A stretch of 64,000 nt of DNA, taken from assembly GCA_012960035.1 (NCBI GenBank), contig DUBZ01000062.1:24407-88406 (forward strand), in the 5' to 3' direction. A model generated the notes under the pieces. The model made no database searches. It had not been told where the DNA came from and saw only the letters and a program-made list of their open reading frames with translations. The stretch is from Myxococcales bacterium. GTDB taxonomy: Bacteria > Myxococcota_A > UBA9160 > UBA4427. The stretch's first letter is position 1. Every line of letters begins with the position of its first letter. This document shows positions 51,819 through 62,757 of this stretch, piece by piece. A program made the translations under genes and the position numbers.

Positions 51819-52558
51819 AGATGCGTCCCCAAATGTCCTGTGTTCTTTTGATTCTAGTCTTGTGTTGGTGTTGTACCGGATTTCGTGCTGATCCGCGCCG
51901 AGGCCAGCACGATGAAGGGCAGGTGTTCTGACCGCGAGCAAGGTTTTTGGCATTGGGTCCCGGGCTTCGAGACAGGTTTTACATCATTCAGACCGGCCGT
52001 GGCACAAAAATTTGGAGTCGACGGAGCACTGCAGTCGCCTCGTGGCCCGGACGAGAGTTCGGGCAGGTCGAAAGCATCGTCGGTTCGGGCTCACTCCGCC
52101 TACTTGTCGCGAAAAACTCAGCGACTTCAGCTGCTTTCGAGGTTTGCGCGGAGTAGTCGGCCAATTTTGAGGTCGCTGAGTTCGGGGCGATTCACCGCCG
52201 CCGCCGCAGGGCCCGGGGGATCGCAACAAACTGACTGAGAGTTTGCATCGGGATTTCTTGCAAAGGGCAGGGGCGTTGTCTAAAAAATGGCCCGAAGCAC
52301 GCTGATGCCTCAATTTCGAACCTTGTTGCGATTGCAGTCATCGCGCCGCGCTAGGTGTGTCTTCTGCGTGCGAACCTTTCTATCATAGAGTGCTATCGGC
52401 TTGACCGACTCACGTGACCATTCGGGCGCATCGGGCGTAGATGCAATGGCGTCACGTACACAAAACCACTGTGAGTCGAGCAGCATCCAATTTGGAAATT
52501 TGTGGAACGCAAGAGTTGGCGCTCTCTCGGAGACGGGGGGGAGCGGGAGGAAATTGTC

Positions 52559-53905
52559 ATGGTGAAATTGTCCAGCCTAGGTTGGCGTCGGATTCAAGCG
52601 GCACTTCTGAGCGGCGTGATGGTGTTCTGCATCGCAGCCGCAAGTGTCGCGGTTGCACAAGAAGATACAGGGGGGACGGGCCCGACGTTCGCAGAAGGCG
52701 ACGTCATCGACTTCGAAAAGATTGAAGCCATTCGTCCCTTCGTGCCGGAAGACTTCTGGAGTAACCGAGACTTCTTCTTCTATCCCGGCATGCAGCTCGA
52801 GATCGGCCCCTTCTATCGCGACTATACCGCTGCCGACGTGTTCAAGGCAAAGACCGAAAAATTCAAAGGGCAGTCACGTATCGGTCCGGGCAATAGCCTC
52901 GAAAACTACGAGTCGGGCGAACCCTTCCCGATGGCTGACATCGACTGTGAGGGGGATCCGCAAGCGGGAACGAAGATCATGTGGAACTTCGATTACCGCT
53001 GGAACGGTGCCGGGAGTAACGCTTCCTTCTTCTACTCGTATTGGGATCGCGGCGAAGAATTGCCGCTCTACTACGAAGGGGACGGCAAGGCGGTTTTCCT
53101 TTCGCACCGCGCCGAAACCGAATTCGACGATCAAAAGGGTGACGTGTTTCGCGGCGAGAAACGCAAGAACGCGTTCGGTGTCGAAGTCTCGGCGCCGTTC
53201 GATGCACGCGGCATCATGCTCATGAGTTATCGCTACAAGAGCGCCGACAAGCCTACCGCCGAATCGAAGAACGATGACACTTGGGTCTACCTGCCGACCC
53301 TGCGCCGGGTACGCCGCATTTCGACCGCACAGCGTACCGACTCGATTTCAGGCACAGACTTTACGTTCGATGATCTGAACAGTTTCGCCGGAATCGTCAC
53401 CCAGTACTCTTGGGAATGTCTGGGCGAGATGGACATCATCGCCCCGGCCAACACCAAAGTGAAGGCGTTCCCGTACGACCGGGATCACAACTTCGGTCCG
53501 TACGGCTTGTCATTCGCTGATGACCGTTGGGAAATGCGCAAGGCCGTCAAGGTTCGCTTTACCCCGAACAATGCCGACCACCCGTATCACCACAAAGACA
53601 TCTACATCGACAAAGACACGCTCAACGCCCTGTATTCTTTCGCGTACGACCAGAAGGAAGAGTTGTGGAAGATCATCTGGCACAACAAACGCTGGAGCGA
53701 AGACGATCTCACGCCGGACTGGTACAGCGGCTGGGAAGGTGTCGAGAACCCTCGAGACCAGCGCATCGTGAGCGACATCATCGCCAACGTGCAAACGGGA
53801 ACGGGCAACCGCATCGAATTCTGGGACGCCCAGGGTGAGCCCTTCAAGAGCAAGGGAAAGATTCGTCGCTACATCGATATCGGACGCTTGACCAAGGGGC
53901 GCTGA
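52559..53905 (+). CDS. DUF1329 domain-containing protein (LolA-like outer-membrane lipoprotein-sorting fold)
   Basis: It has a signal peptide (MVKLSSLGWRRIQAALLSGVMVFCIAAASVAVAQ), plus PEDFWSNRDFFFYPGMQLEIGP, ENYESGEPFP, KIMWNFDYRWNG, RRVRRIS...R.DS..G.DFT.DD. The ATG at 52559 follows GGGAGG. Confidence 0.8.
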   Translation: MVKLSSLGWRRIQAALLSGVMVFCIAAASVAVAQEDTGGTGPTFAEGDVIDFEKIEAIRPFVPEDFWSNRDFFFYPGMQLEIGPFYRDYTAADVFKAKTEKFKGQSRIGPGNSLENYESGEPFPMADIDCEGDPQAGTKIMWNFDYRWNGAGSNASFFYSYWDRGEELPLYYEGDGKAVFLSHRAETEFDDQKGDVFRGEKRKNAFGVEVSAPFDARGIMLMSYRYKSADKPTAESKNDDTWVYLPTLRRVRRISTAQRTDSISGTDFTFDDLNSFAGIVTQYSWECLGEMDIIAPANTKVKAFPYDRDHNFGPYGLSFADDRWEMRKAVKVRFTPNNADHPYHHKDIYIDKDTLNALYSFAYDQKEELWKIIWHNKRWSEDDLTPDWYSGWEGVENPRDQRIVSDIIANVQTGTGNRIEFWDAQGEPFKSKGKIRRYIDIGRLTKGR

Positions 53906-53997
53906 GCCCGGCGTGGGTCTCGCTACAACGTGCTCTTTGTTGAGCCCGTCGTTGTTACTGTCACCGCCATCTCATCCAGCCGGAGGAATCGCTGGTC

Positions 53998-55494
53998 ATG
54001 AACTATTACCTGCTAGACCGCACGGTCCGCACGCTTGCCCTATTGGCGCTCGTGGCTGGGCTTGGTTGCCACGACTACAGCATCGACTTCTCGGACGCGG
54101 GAGACGAGATCCGGATCTATGACGATCTCTACTCCGTTTCGATGGTCGACGAATCGCATGCCGTTGCGGTCGGGTACTACGGCTCCGCCTATTGGACCGA
54201 AGACGGCGGTGTGTCCTGGCGTCGCGGCAAGACTGAAACCCGCACTTCGCTCTACAACGTCTCGATGGCGGACGCGATGCACGGTTGGGCGGTCGGACAA
54301 CGTGGCTTGATCATCCGCACTGAAGACGGCGGACGGACCTGGTCGACCCAAGAAAATCAAAAGCAGACCGACGGAACGCATCTTTTTTCCGTTTCGGCGA
54401 TCGACGCGAATACGGCGTGGGTCGTGGGCGAATGGGGCACGCGCATTCGGACGAGAGACGGCGGGAAGACCTGGGAAGATCACAGCTTCGCTGTAAGTGA
54501 AATGCATCCCCAGTTCGTTTGGCTGACGCCGCAAGAGCAAGAAAAGGTGCGCAAAGGCGAAGTTGTCTTTGATGACGTGAGCATCAATGACATTAATTGC
54601 GAGCGCGCTCCGGGGCAGAAGTGTTGGTTGATCGGCGAGTTTGGATACATCTACCACTCGAACGATCAAGGTGAGACCTGGCTGAAGAGCCGGGTGGAAG
54701 GTTCTGTGGAAATCGAACCGATCCCGGTTGCCTACAACGTGCTCGAGGTTTCCGAGGAGCACTTCGACACCTTGAGCGCTTTTGCCAACGAAGTGAAAGA
54801 CGAATTTCATCTGAATGTGGCGGTCGCCGGTCTGGTCAGCGCCGACGAAATTCGCGACTTCGGCAACGCAGAAGATCCCTCGGAACTCTTCGAGATCTTG
54901 GAGGCCCGTGCCCAGGACGTTCGGAGCATCCTCGAAGAAGCCGGAGTCGGGTCGGATCGCATTCGCTTTCGTGGACAGCCGCCGTGGGACTTCGAGGACT
55001 ACCTCGAAGACGACCCACAGTTTCTTAGTCGCTACTTGCAAGGGCGCTTGCATCACACGCCCGGCATTGCGGTAAGCGTGCTTCAGAATCCCATCCTGTT
55101 CACCGTGCGCTTTACCGACGCGCAGCACGGTCTAATTTCTGGGTTGGGTGGCGTCATCCTGCAATCTGACGACGGCGGCGAGTCGTGGCTGTACCGGAAG
55201 ATCGACCGGAAACAGGGCCTCTATTCGGTTCGTAGCGTGCCCGGGCGGGCGATCGTGGTCGGAGAAAAGGGGCTGATGCGTGTGTCTCAAGACGGCGGCG
55301 AGCATTGGGCGGATGCCCCCGAAGGCGCGCTACCCGCGATCTATACTTTCATGCGCGACCTCGACTTCGCTCCCGGAGGACGAAACGGGATCATCGTCGG
55401 GCAGGGTGGGCGCATTCTCCGGTCGGTGGACAGCGGCTACGAATGGAAGCAGGTTTTGCCGATTCCGGACGAGCCCGCTGCGTCAGCATCATGA
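53998..55494 (+). CDS. BNR/Ycf48-like beta-propeller repeat protein
   Basis: Repeated blocks of the S.DGG.SW type: WTEDGGVSW, RTEDGGRTW, RTRDGGKTW, HSNDQGETW, QSDDGGESW, VSQDGGEHW, RSVDSGYEW. It has an N-terminal signal/lipoprotein-like segment. Confidence 0.75.
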   Translation: MNYYLLDRTVRTLALLALVAGLGCHDYSIDFSDAGDEIRIYDDLYSVSMVDESHAVAVGYYGSAYWTEDGGVSWRRGKTETRTSLYNVSMADAMHGWAVGQRGLIIRTEDGGRTWSTQENQKQTDGTHLFSVSAIDANTAWVVGEWGTRIRTRDGGKTWEDHSFAVSEMHPQFVWLTPQEQEKVRKGEVVFDDVSINDINCERAPGQKCWLIGEFGYIYHSNDQGETWLKSRVEGSVEIEPIPVAYNVLEVSEEHFDTLSAFANEVKDEFHLNVAVAGLVSADEIRDFGNAEDPSELFEILEARAQDVRSILEEAGVGSDRIRFRGQPPWDFEDYLEDDPQFLSRYLQGRLHHTPGIAVSVLQNPILFTVRFTDAQHGLISGLGGVILQSDDGGESWLYRKIDRKQGLYSVRSVPGRAIVVGEKGLMRVSQDGGEHWADAPEGALPAIYTFMRDLDFAPGGRNGIIVGQGGRILRSVDSGYEWKQVLPIPDEPAASAS

Positions 55495-55650
55495 AAACGG
55501 CAATTTTTGCCGGGAAGAAAGTTGTGAGGGTTGTTCGATACGGTTCGCTCGACTCAAGCTAGCCGCATTCCACGCCGATTTAGACTCTGTGAGCCCCCCT
55601 CGATATAATTCGGTAGTTCCCAAACCCTGACCGATATCGTAGATGGCGCG

Positions 55651-57054
55651 ATGACTCCGCAAGAACCCACAACCGCGAAACCGATGCTCGTGCTCGTGTC
55701 CACCGACGCTGCGGTGCGCGATCGGTTTGTCGAGGGCACGGAGTCTCTGGCCGTCTTGGTCCCCTGCCAAAGTGCCGACGAAGCGTTCGATGTCATGGCT
55801 CGACAACCCGCGGCAGTGGTGTTGCTGGACGGTCAGCAGTCCAGCATTGCGCCCTGGCAGTTCGCCGAGCGTCTGCGTGCGGAACACCCGGGCGTCGATC
55901 TCGCGCTGCTTGCAGGCGACGAATACGGCGATGAAGAAGAGGACCTCCGCGAAGGTTGGTTGGCAGGCGTGGTTCCGCGCAACAGCGCCAAGCGGACGTT
56001 GCGCGCGGCAGTGCGCAGACTGATCCAGAGCCACATTCAGAGCCGCGAGAACGAGGCGCTCCAAGGCTCAGTGCGCGTGCTCGAACAGTGTCGCCGATTG
56101 ATGTCATGTCTTGAGCCCGGGCGCGTCTACTCCGTCGCGCTCGACATTGTGCTCGAGCTGTTGAACCGCAATCAGGCCATCGCTGTATTTCAGCGCGAAT
56201 CAGTCCCGATGAGCGATGCCGTCGTATTTCGAGGCTTGGGCGAGAGTGAGTCCCAGCGACTGCGGGAGCTGTTTCTCGAAGAAAAGCCATTTTCCGGTCA
56301 GCCGAGCGAACAGATCGAGGTCGTGGACAGCGGCGCCTATCTCGCCGTGTTGCGCGACGCCGGTATTGTGGTCGAGCGCCTTCTCGTGATCCCGCTCAAG
56401 GGCCAGCGTTCCGAGGCGGGGATGCTGTGGCTTCTGGAAGGTGGCGTTCCCTTCGACGATGCCGAAATCGCGCAAGCGAACACCGTTGCGAGCTATGCCG
56501 TCACTGCGCTCATGAATTGTGAGCGCTACCACCACGCAAAAGAGCGGGCCTTTATCGACGACGTCACCGAGGTCTACAATGCGCGGTATTTGCTGGCGAC
56601 GACTGAAAACGAAATTCGCCGGGCCGAGCGATACGAAACGCCGCTCTCGGTCTTGTTCTTGGATCTCGACCGCTTCAAGCTCGTCAACGATGAACACGGT
56701 CACCTGATCGGTTCCCAGATCCTGCGCAACTTGAGTCAGGTATTGATCCAGTGCGTGCGGGATGTGGATACCCTCGCGCGCTACGGGGGCGACGAATTTA
56801 CGATTTTGTTGGTCGACACCGACCATACTGAGGCGATGTCAGTCGCCGAGCGCATTCGGCGCACCGTCGAAGAGCACGTCTTCGAGGCAGGGCGGAGTGG
56901 GTCGCTCCGGCTGACCGTGAGCATCGGGGTTGGGACCTATCCAGAACACGGTCTTGATCGAACGTCGCTCCTCGACGTCTCGGACAAGGCCATGTACCGC
57001 TCCAAATCGATGGGACGAAACCAAATCTGCTCGGCGAACGAACTGACGATTTAG
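55651..57054 (+). CDS. Diguanylate cyclase (receiver-like N-terminus, GAF-like middle, GGDEF with I-site)
   Basis: VYNARYLL....E.RRAERY..PLSVLFLDLDRFKLVNDEHGHLIGSQIL, RDVDTLARYGGDEF (RxxD five residues before GGDEF), and ..DKAMYRSKSMGRNQ. Confidence 0.9.
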   Translation: MTPQEPTTAKPMLVLVSTDAAVRDRFVEGTESLAVLVPCQSADEAFDVMARQPAAVVLLDGQQSSIAPWQFAERLRAEHPGVDLALLAGDEYGDEEEDLREGWLAGVVPRNSAKRTLRAAVRRLIQSHIQSRENEALQGSVRVLEQCRRLMSCLEPGRVYSVALDIVLELLNRNQAIAVFQRESVPMSDAVVFRGLGESESQRLRELFLEEKPFSGQPSEQIEVVDSGAYLAVLRDAGIVVERLLVIPLKGQRSEAGMLWLLEGGVPFDDAEIAQANTVASYAVTALMNCERYHHAKERAFIDDVTEVYNARYLLATTENEIRRAERYETPLSVLFLDLDRFKLVNDEHGHLIGSQILRNLSQVLIQCVRDVDTLARYGGDEFTILLVDTDHTEAMSVAERIRRTVEEHVFEAGRSGSLRLTVSIGVGTYPEHGLDRTSLLDVSDKAMYRSKSMGRNQICSANELTI

Positions 57055-57181
57055 CCTGCGGTTCGCGAAACCGGCCCGTATTCGACCCTGCTCGCGACCG
57101 CCTGTTGGCGCTGTCCTCAAACGTCTTGGCGAGCCCTTTGAAAGCACCTGTGCCCGCCGTGCGGTGGCGTCCGCCGACCGT

Positions 57182-57210
57182 TTGACATCGGCAGGGCTGA
57201 TTGCTATCTA
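57182..57210 (+). promoter_or_regulatory. Sigma-70-like promoter candidate TTGACA-N17-TATCTA
   Basis: Read directly in the 457-bp spacer upstream of aspS. The -35 is perfect and the -10 matches 4/6. There is no experimental support. Confidence 0.3.
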
Positions 57211-57511
57211 ACTCTGCGATTTAATTGACCTTTCCCTTATGCGTTCTCAAGGTTGCAGCGCCGAATCGCAAGCGTCTGGTCCGCCTCATACTGCGAACAT
57301 TCTACAAGCACTTTCACCAGCAGAATTTTGCTCGAGCCGAGGCTCGAGTTTGCCCGGTAGGGTGGGCTGGTGCCGACGGAGTTCGGGAAACCGCTCGACG
57401 CACCAAAATCGCAATCACGTACGAATCGCTACCGCGACGAACGAAAAACCTTTGCCCTCTCATCACCGAGCCCCCGACGGCGGGTCTCGCGAGTAAATTG
57501 GATACCGCGAC

Positions 57512-59332
57512 ATGAAGCGCGAAAAGATCGATCTCGATGCCATGGGTTCCCTGCGCCGCAGTCATATGTGCGGCGAGATCGGCAACGAGGCTGTCGGACA
57601 GGAAGTCGTACTCGCAGGTTGGGTGAATCGACGTCGAGATCATGGCGGCGTGATCTTCGTCGACCTCCGTGACCGCACCGGGATCGTGCAAGTTGTCTTC
57701 AAGCCCGAAGTCCACGAAGCCGCCCACGAGCGCGCCGGTCTTCTGCGCAACGAATTCGTGGTGATGGCTCGCGGTGTACTCGAAAACCGTTCCGATGAAA
57801 CGGTCAACGAAAAAATGAAGTCGGGTCGAATCGAAGTGAACGTGAGCGAACTTCGCCTGCTCAACGCTGCGACCCCGCCTCCCTTCTTGATCGACGACGA
57901 GACTGACGCCGAAGAAGCCACACGCTTGCGCAATCGCGTCCACGACCTTCGACGTGGCCCGCTCCAGCACGCCATTGAAGTGCGGCACAAGCTTTCGCGT
58001 TCGGTGCGCGGTGCACTTGATGAGCTTGGCTTTCTTGAAATCGAAACGCCGATCCTGACGCGCTCATCCCCGGAAGGCGCCCGTGACTTTCTGGTTCCCG
58101 CGCGGCTTCAGCCCGGTTCGTTTTACGCGTTGCCCCAGTCGCCCCAAATTATGAAGCAGCTGCTCATGATCGGTGGCTGCGAGCGTTATTACCAGATCGC
58201 GCGCTGCTTCCGCGATGAAGAGCTGCGCGCGGATCGGCAGCTCGAGTTCACCCAGGTCGATCTCGAAATGTCATTCGTAGGCGTGGAAGAAGTGCTTTCG
58301 GTGCTCGAAGAAGTTACGGCGCGCGGTTGTGCCGAAGCAGCGGGCGTCGAATTCGAGCGCCCCTTTCGACGCATCACGTACAAAGAAGCGATGGACCGCT
58401 TCGGCTCAGACAAGCCGGATACGCGCATCACCCTCGAACTCTGCGACCTCACCCACGTCTTCGCCGAGAGCGAGTTCAAGGCGTTCCGCGCGAACGTCGA
58501 CGCGGGTGGCATCGTGAAGTGTCTCCATGTTCCGGACGCCCAAGAGATGTCCCGCGGCGACATCGACCGCCTTGAAAAGCTGGTACGCAAAGAACTCGGT
58601 GCCAAGGGGTTGGCTTGGATCCGGGTCGATGAGAGTGGCGAGTGGAAGTCACCCATCGTGAAGTTCCTTTCGGACACCGAACGCGAAGCCATCGCGAAGG
58701 CGACCGACATGGCGCCGGGCAGCGTGACCTTCTTTCAGGCCGACGCCGCCGACCGCGCCAACGCGATCCTGTCGCGCTTGCGGATCGATCTCGGCAACCG
58801 CCTCGGTCGCACCGATGGCCGCGAGTGGGACGTGCTCTTGGTTGTGGACTTCCCGGTGTTTGAGCGCGACTCCGACGGCAACCTCACGTATGTCCATCAG
58901 CCCTTTGTTGCACCGCTCGAAGAAGACATTCCGTTACTCGACACGGCCCCGGAGAAGGTGCGCGGCACCCACTACGACGTCGTCGTAAACGGCGTCGAAC
59001 TAGGCAGTGGCAGCCTGCGTAACCACCGCGTCGATGTACAGCTCAAGATCCTCGAACTCATGGGCTATTCTGAAGAGCAGGCGATGAACAGCTTTGGCTT
59101 CTTGCTCGAAGCGCTCGAAATTGGCGCACCGCCCCATGGCGGCTTTGCCTTCGGTTTCGATCGCTGGGTGATGGTAATGGCCAAGTCGGCAAGCCTGCGC
59201 GACGTGATCCCGTTCCCCAAGACCCAGCGTGGGCAGGACCTCTTTATGCAGTCGCCGTCCGAAGTGGGCAACGAACATCTCGACGAACTTTCTATTCGAA
59301 TCAAAGCACCCACCCCGAAGGCGGGTGAATGA
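57512..59332 (+). CDS. aspS: Aspartate--tRNA ligase
   Basis: RRSHMCGEI....GQEVVLAGWVNRRRDHGGVIFVDLRDRTGIVQVV, FLEIETPILT.SSPEGARDF, QSPQ..KQLLM, YYQIARCFRDE.LRADRQ.EFTQ, GGFAFGFDR. The start may instead be the ATG at 57542. Confidence 0.95.
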   Translation: MKREKIDLDAMGSLRRSHMCGEIGNEAVGQEVVLAGWVNRRRDHGGVIFVDLRDRTGIVQVVFKPEVHEAAHERAGLLRNEFVVMARGVLENRSDETVNEKMKSGRIEVNVSELRLLNAATPPPFLIDDETDAEEATRLRNRVHDLRRGPLQHAIEVRHKLSRSVRGALDELGFLEIETPILTRSSPEGARDFLVPARLQPGSFYALPQSPQIMKQLLMIGGCERYYQIARCFRDEELRADRQLEFTQVDLEMSFVGVEEVLSVLEEVTARGCAEAAGVEFERPFRRITYKEAMDRFGSDKPDTRITLELCDLTHVFAESEFKAFRANVDAGGIVKCLHVPDAQEMSRGDIDRLEKLVRKELGAKGLAWIRVDESGEWKSPIVKFLSDTEREAIAKATDMAPGSVTFFQADAADRANAILSRLRIDLGNRLGRTDGREWDVLLVVDFPVFERDSDGNLTYVHQPFVAPLEEDIPLLDTAPEKVRGTHYDVVVNGVELGSGSLRNHRVDVQLKILELMGYSEEQAMNSFGFLLEALEIGAPPHGGFAFGFDRWVMVMAKSASLRDVIPFPKTQRGQDLFMQSPSEVGNEHLDELSIRIKAPTPKAGE

Positions 59333-60511
<1,179 letters not shown>

Positions 60512-60648
60512 AAACAACGACGGACCCATTTGCGAACCCGCTGTTCGTTGCGGTTCGGTGTGCACGAACAGCACGCCGAATCGCATTCGCAACTGACGGA
60601 TCTGCACTTCGCGCGCCCGGTTGCACTGCTGCCGGATAGGAGAGAAGC

Positions 60649-61815
60649 ATGAACGTCCACGAGTACCAGGCCAAAGGGCTGCTGCGGGAATTCGGCGTAT
60701 CCGTACCCGAAGGCATCCTCGCCACGACGCCGGCGGAAGCCGAAGCGGCCGCACGCGATCTTGGCACCAAGATCGTCGTCGTGAAGGCGCAGGTGCATGC
60801 TGGCGGGCGCGGAAAAGGCGGCGGCGTCAAGCTCGCCAAGTCCCCGAGCGAAGCCAAGCAGGCCGCGAGCGAGATCCTCGGCATGACGCTCCACACGCCG
60901 CAGACCCCGCCGGAAGGCAAGCTCGTCCGCAAGGTCTACGTCGAAGCGGGCTCCGACATCGCGCGCGAGTTGTATCTCGCAGTGTTGCTCGATCGCTCGG
61001 TTGAGAAGTTCGCCATCGTGGCGTCGACCGAAGGCGGCATGGAGATCGAAGAGGTCGCTGAGAAGACGCCCGAAAAAATCTTGACGGTTTATATCGAACC
61101 GAACCTCGGCTTGCGGGACTACCAGATCCGCCAGCTGGGTTATGGGCTCGGTCTTGAAAAAGACACAATCGCGAAGTTCGTTCCCTTCGTGCACGGGTTG
61201 TTCAACCTGTTCATGGAGCGAGACGCCACCCAGGTCGAGATCAACCCGCTTGTCATAACCGGTGACGGCGACGTGATCGCACTCGACGGCAAGATCAACT
61301 TCGACGATGGTGCGCTCTACCGACACCCCGACGTTGCCGATCTCCGCGATCCCGACGAAGAAGACGACCGCGAGCGCCAGGCCACCGAACTCGACTTGGC
61401 ATACGTCGGCCTCGACGGTGACATCGGCTGCATGGTGAACGGTGCCGGGCTCGCGATGGCGACGCTCGACATGATCGCGCACTGCGGTGGCTCTCCTGCC
61501 AACTTCCTCGACGTCGGGGGAGGGGCAGACAAAGAAAAGGTGATGAACGCCTTCAAGCTGATCCTTCGCGACGACAACGTGAAGGTCATCATGGTGAACA
61601 TCTTTGGCGGCATCGTGTGCTGCGACTTGATCGCTGAAGGCGTCGTTGGCGCGGCGGCCGAACTCGGCATTGAAGTGCCGTTGATCGTTCGCTTGCAGGG
61701 AACGAACGCTGCCGAGGGTCGCGAGATCCTGGCGAAGTCGGGCCTCAATATTACCACTGCAGAGACTTTGCAAGAAGCAGGCGAGCGCGCTGTAGCCGCT
61801 CGCGGAGAGGGTTAG
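60649..61815 (+). CDS. sucC: Succinate--CoA ligase (ADP-forming) subunit beta
   Basis: MNVHEYQAKGLLREFGVSVPEG....P.EAE.AA..LG....VVKAQVHAGGRGKGGGVK, and NIFGGIV.CD. Confidence 0.95.
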   Translation: MNVHEYQAKGLLREFGVSVPEGILATTPAEAEAAARDLGTKIVVVKAQVHAGGRGKGGGVKLAKSPSEAKQAASEILGMTLHTPQTPPEGKLVRKVYVEAGSDIARELYLAVLLDRSVEKFAIVASTEGGMEIEEVAEKTPEKILTVYIEPNLGLRDYQIRQLGYGLGLEKDTIAKFVPFVHGLFNLFMERDATQVEINPLVITGDGDVIALDGKINFDDGALYRHPDVADLRDPDEEDDRERQATELDLAYVGLDGDIGCMVNGAGLAMATLDMIAHCGGSPANFLDVGGGADKEKVMNAFKLILRDDNVKVIMVNIFGGIVCCDLIAEGVVGAAAELGIEVPLIVRLQGTNAAEGREILAKSGLNITTAETLQEAGERAVAARGEG

Positions 61816-61821
61816 AGACCA

Positions 61822-62700
61822 ATGGCGATTCTTTGCGACAAGAACACGAAGCTGTTGATTCAGGGCATGGGCCGCATGGGAACCTTCCACGCGAACCTGT
61901 CGAAGGAATACGGCACGCAGGTGGTTGGCGGTGTGCATCCCGGCAAGGGTGGCACTGAGATCGATGGGCTTCCGGTTTTCAATACCGTGGCTGAGGCCGT
62001 TAAACACACGGGCGCAAACGCGTCGGTGATCTTTGTGCCACCGCCGGGCGCGCCGGACGCGATCCTCGAAGCTGCCGAAGCCGAACTTTCGATGACGGCC
62101 TGCATCACCGAAGGCATCCCCGCCAATGACATGGCGCGGGTTGCGGCGATCATTAAGGGGTCGAAGACGCGACTGGTTGGACCGAATTGCCCGGGCGTTG
62201 TGACTCCCGAGCAGTGCCGCATCGGCATCATGCCGGCACAAATTACCCGCCCCGGGCCGGTCGGCGTGGTGTCTCGTTCGGGCACGCTCACCTATGAAGC
62301 AGTCGATCAGCTCTCGCGCCTCGGCATCGGTCAGTCGACCTGTCTTGGCATTGGTGGCGACCCGATCATTGGCACGAACTTCATCGACGCACTGACTCTC
62401 TTTCAGGCGGACCCCGACACCAAGGGCATCGTGATGATTGGTGAGATTGGCGGCTCGGCCGAAGAAGAAGCGGCGGAGTACATCCAGTCGAACGTCGACA
62501 AGCCGGTCGCATGCTTCATCGCTGGAACCAACGCCCCTCCCGGCAAGCGCATGGGTCATGCCGGCGCGATCATCGCCGGTGGCAAGGGCAAGGCGAGCGA
62601 CAAGATGGACGCGCTGGGCAAAGCCGGCGTCTCGGTCGCGGCCTCACCGGCTGAAATCGGCAAGGCACTCGCGGACATCGCGCCCCAACTGATCGGATAA
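61822..62700 (+). CDS. sucD: Succinate--CoA ligase subunit alpha
   Basis: [13 protein letters not shown]......[23 protein letters not shown], and [12 protein letters not shown] (phosphohistidine loop). Confidence 0.95.
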   Translation: MAILCDKNTKLLIQGMGRMGTFHANLSKEYGTQVVGGVHPGKGGTEIDGLPVFNTVAEAVKHTGANASVIFVPPPGAPDAILEAAEAELSMTACITEGIPANDMARVAAIIKGSKTRLVGPNCPGVVTPEQCRIGIMPAQITRPGPVGVVSRSGTLTYEAVDQLSRLGIGQSTCLGIGGDPIIGTNFIDALTLFQADPDTKGIVMIGEIGGSAEEEAAEYIQSNVDKPVACFIAGTNAPPGKRMGHAGAIIAGGKGKASDKMDALGKAGVSVAASPAEIGKALADIAPQLIG

Positions 62701-62714
62701 GCACATTCAAATTT

Positions 62715-62746
62715 GGGCTCCGAACTCAAGTTCGGGGCCCTTTTCT
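62715..62746 (+). terminator. Rho-independent terminator after sucD
   Basis: GGGCTCCGAAC-tcaa-GTTCGGGGCCC forms an 11-bp stem with one G-U pair, followed by TTTTCT. Confidence 0.7.
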
Positions 62747-62757
62747 GATTATGGAGC

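Noticed and set aside
52000-52015. TGGCACaaaaaTTTGG, which resembles a sigma-54 -24/-12 element.
   Set aside because: The -24 is perfect, but the -12 GC dinucleotide is absent at either N5 or N6 spacing. It also lies ~550 bp from the nearest start codon.
57225-57515. 96-aa ORF upstream of and overlapping the aspS start.
   Set aside because: It has unusual composition, no SD and no motif. It runs into the aspS start, so it is treated as non-coding leader sequence.
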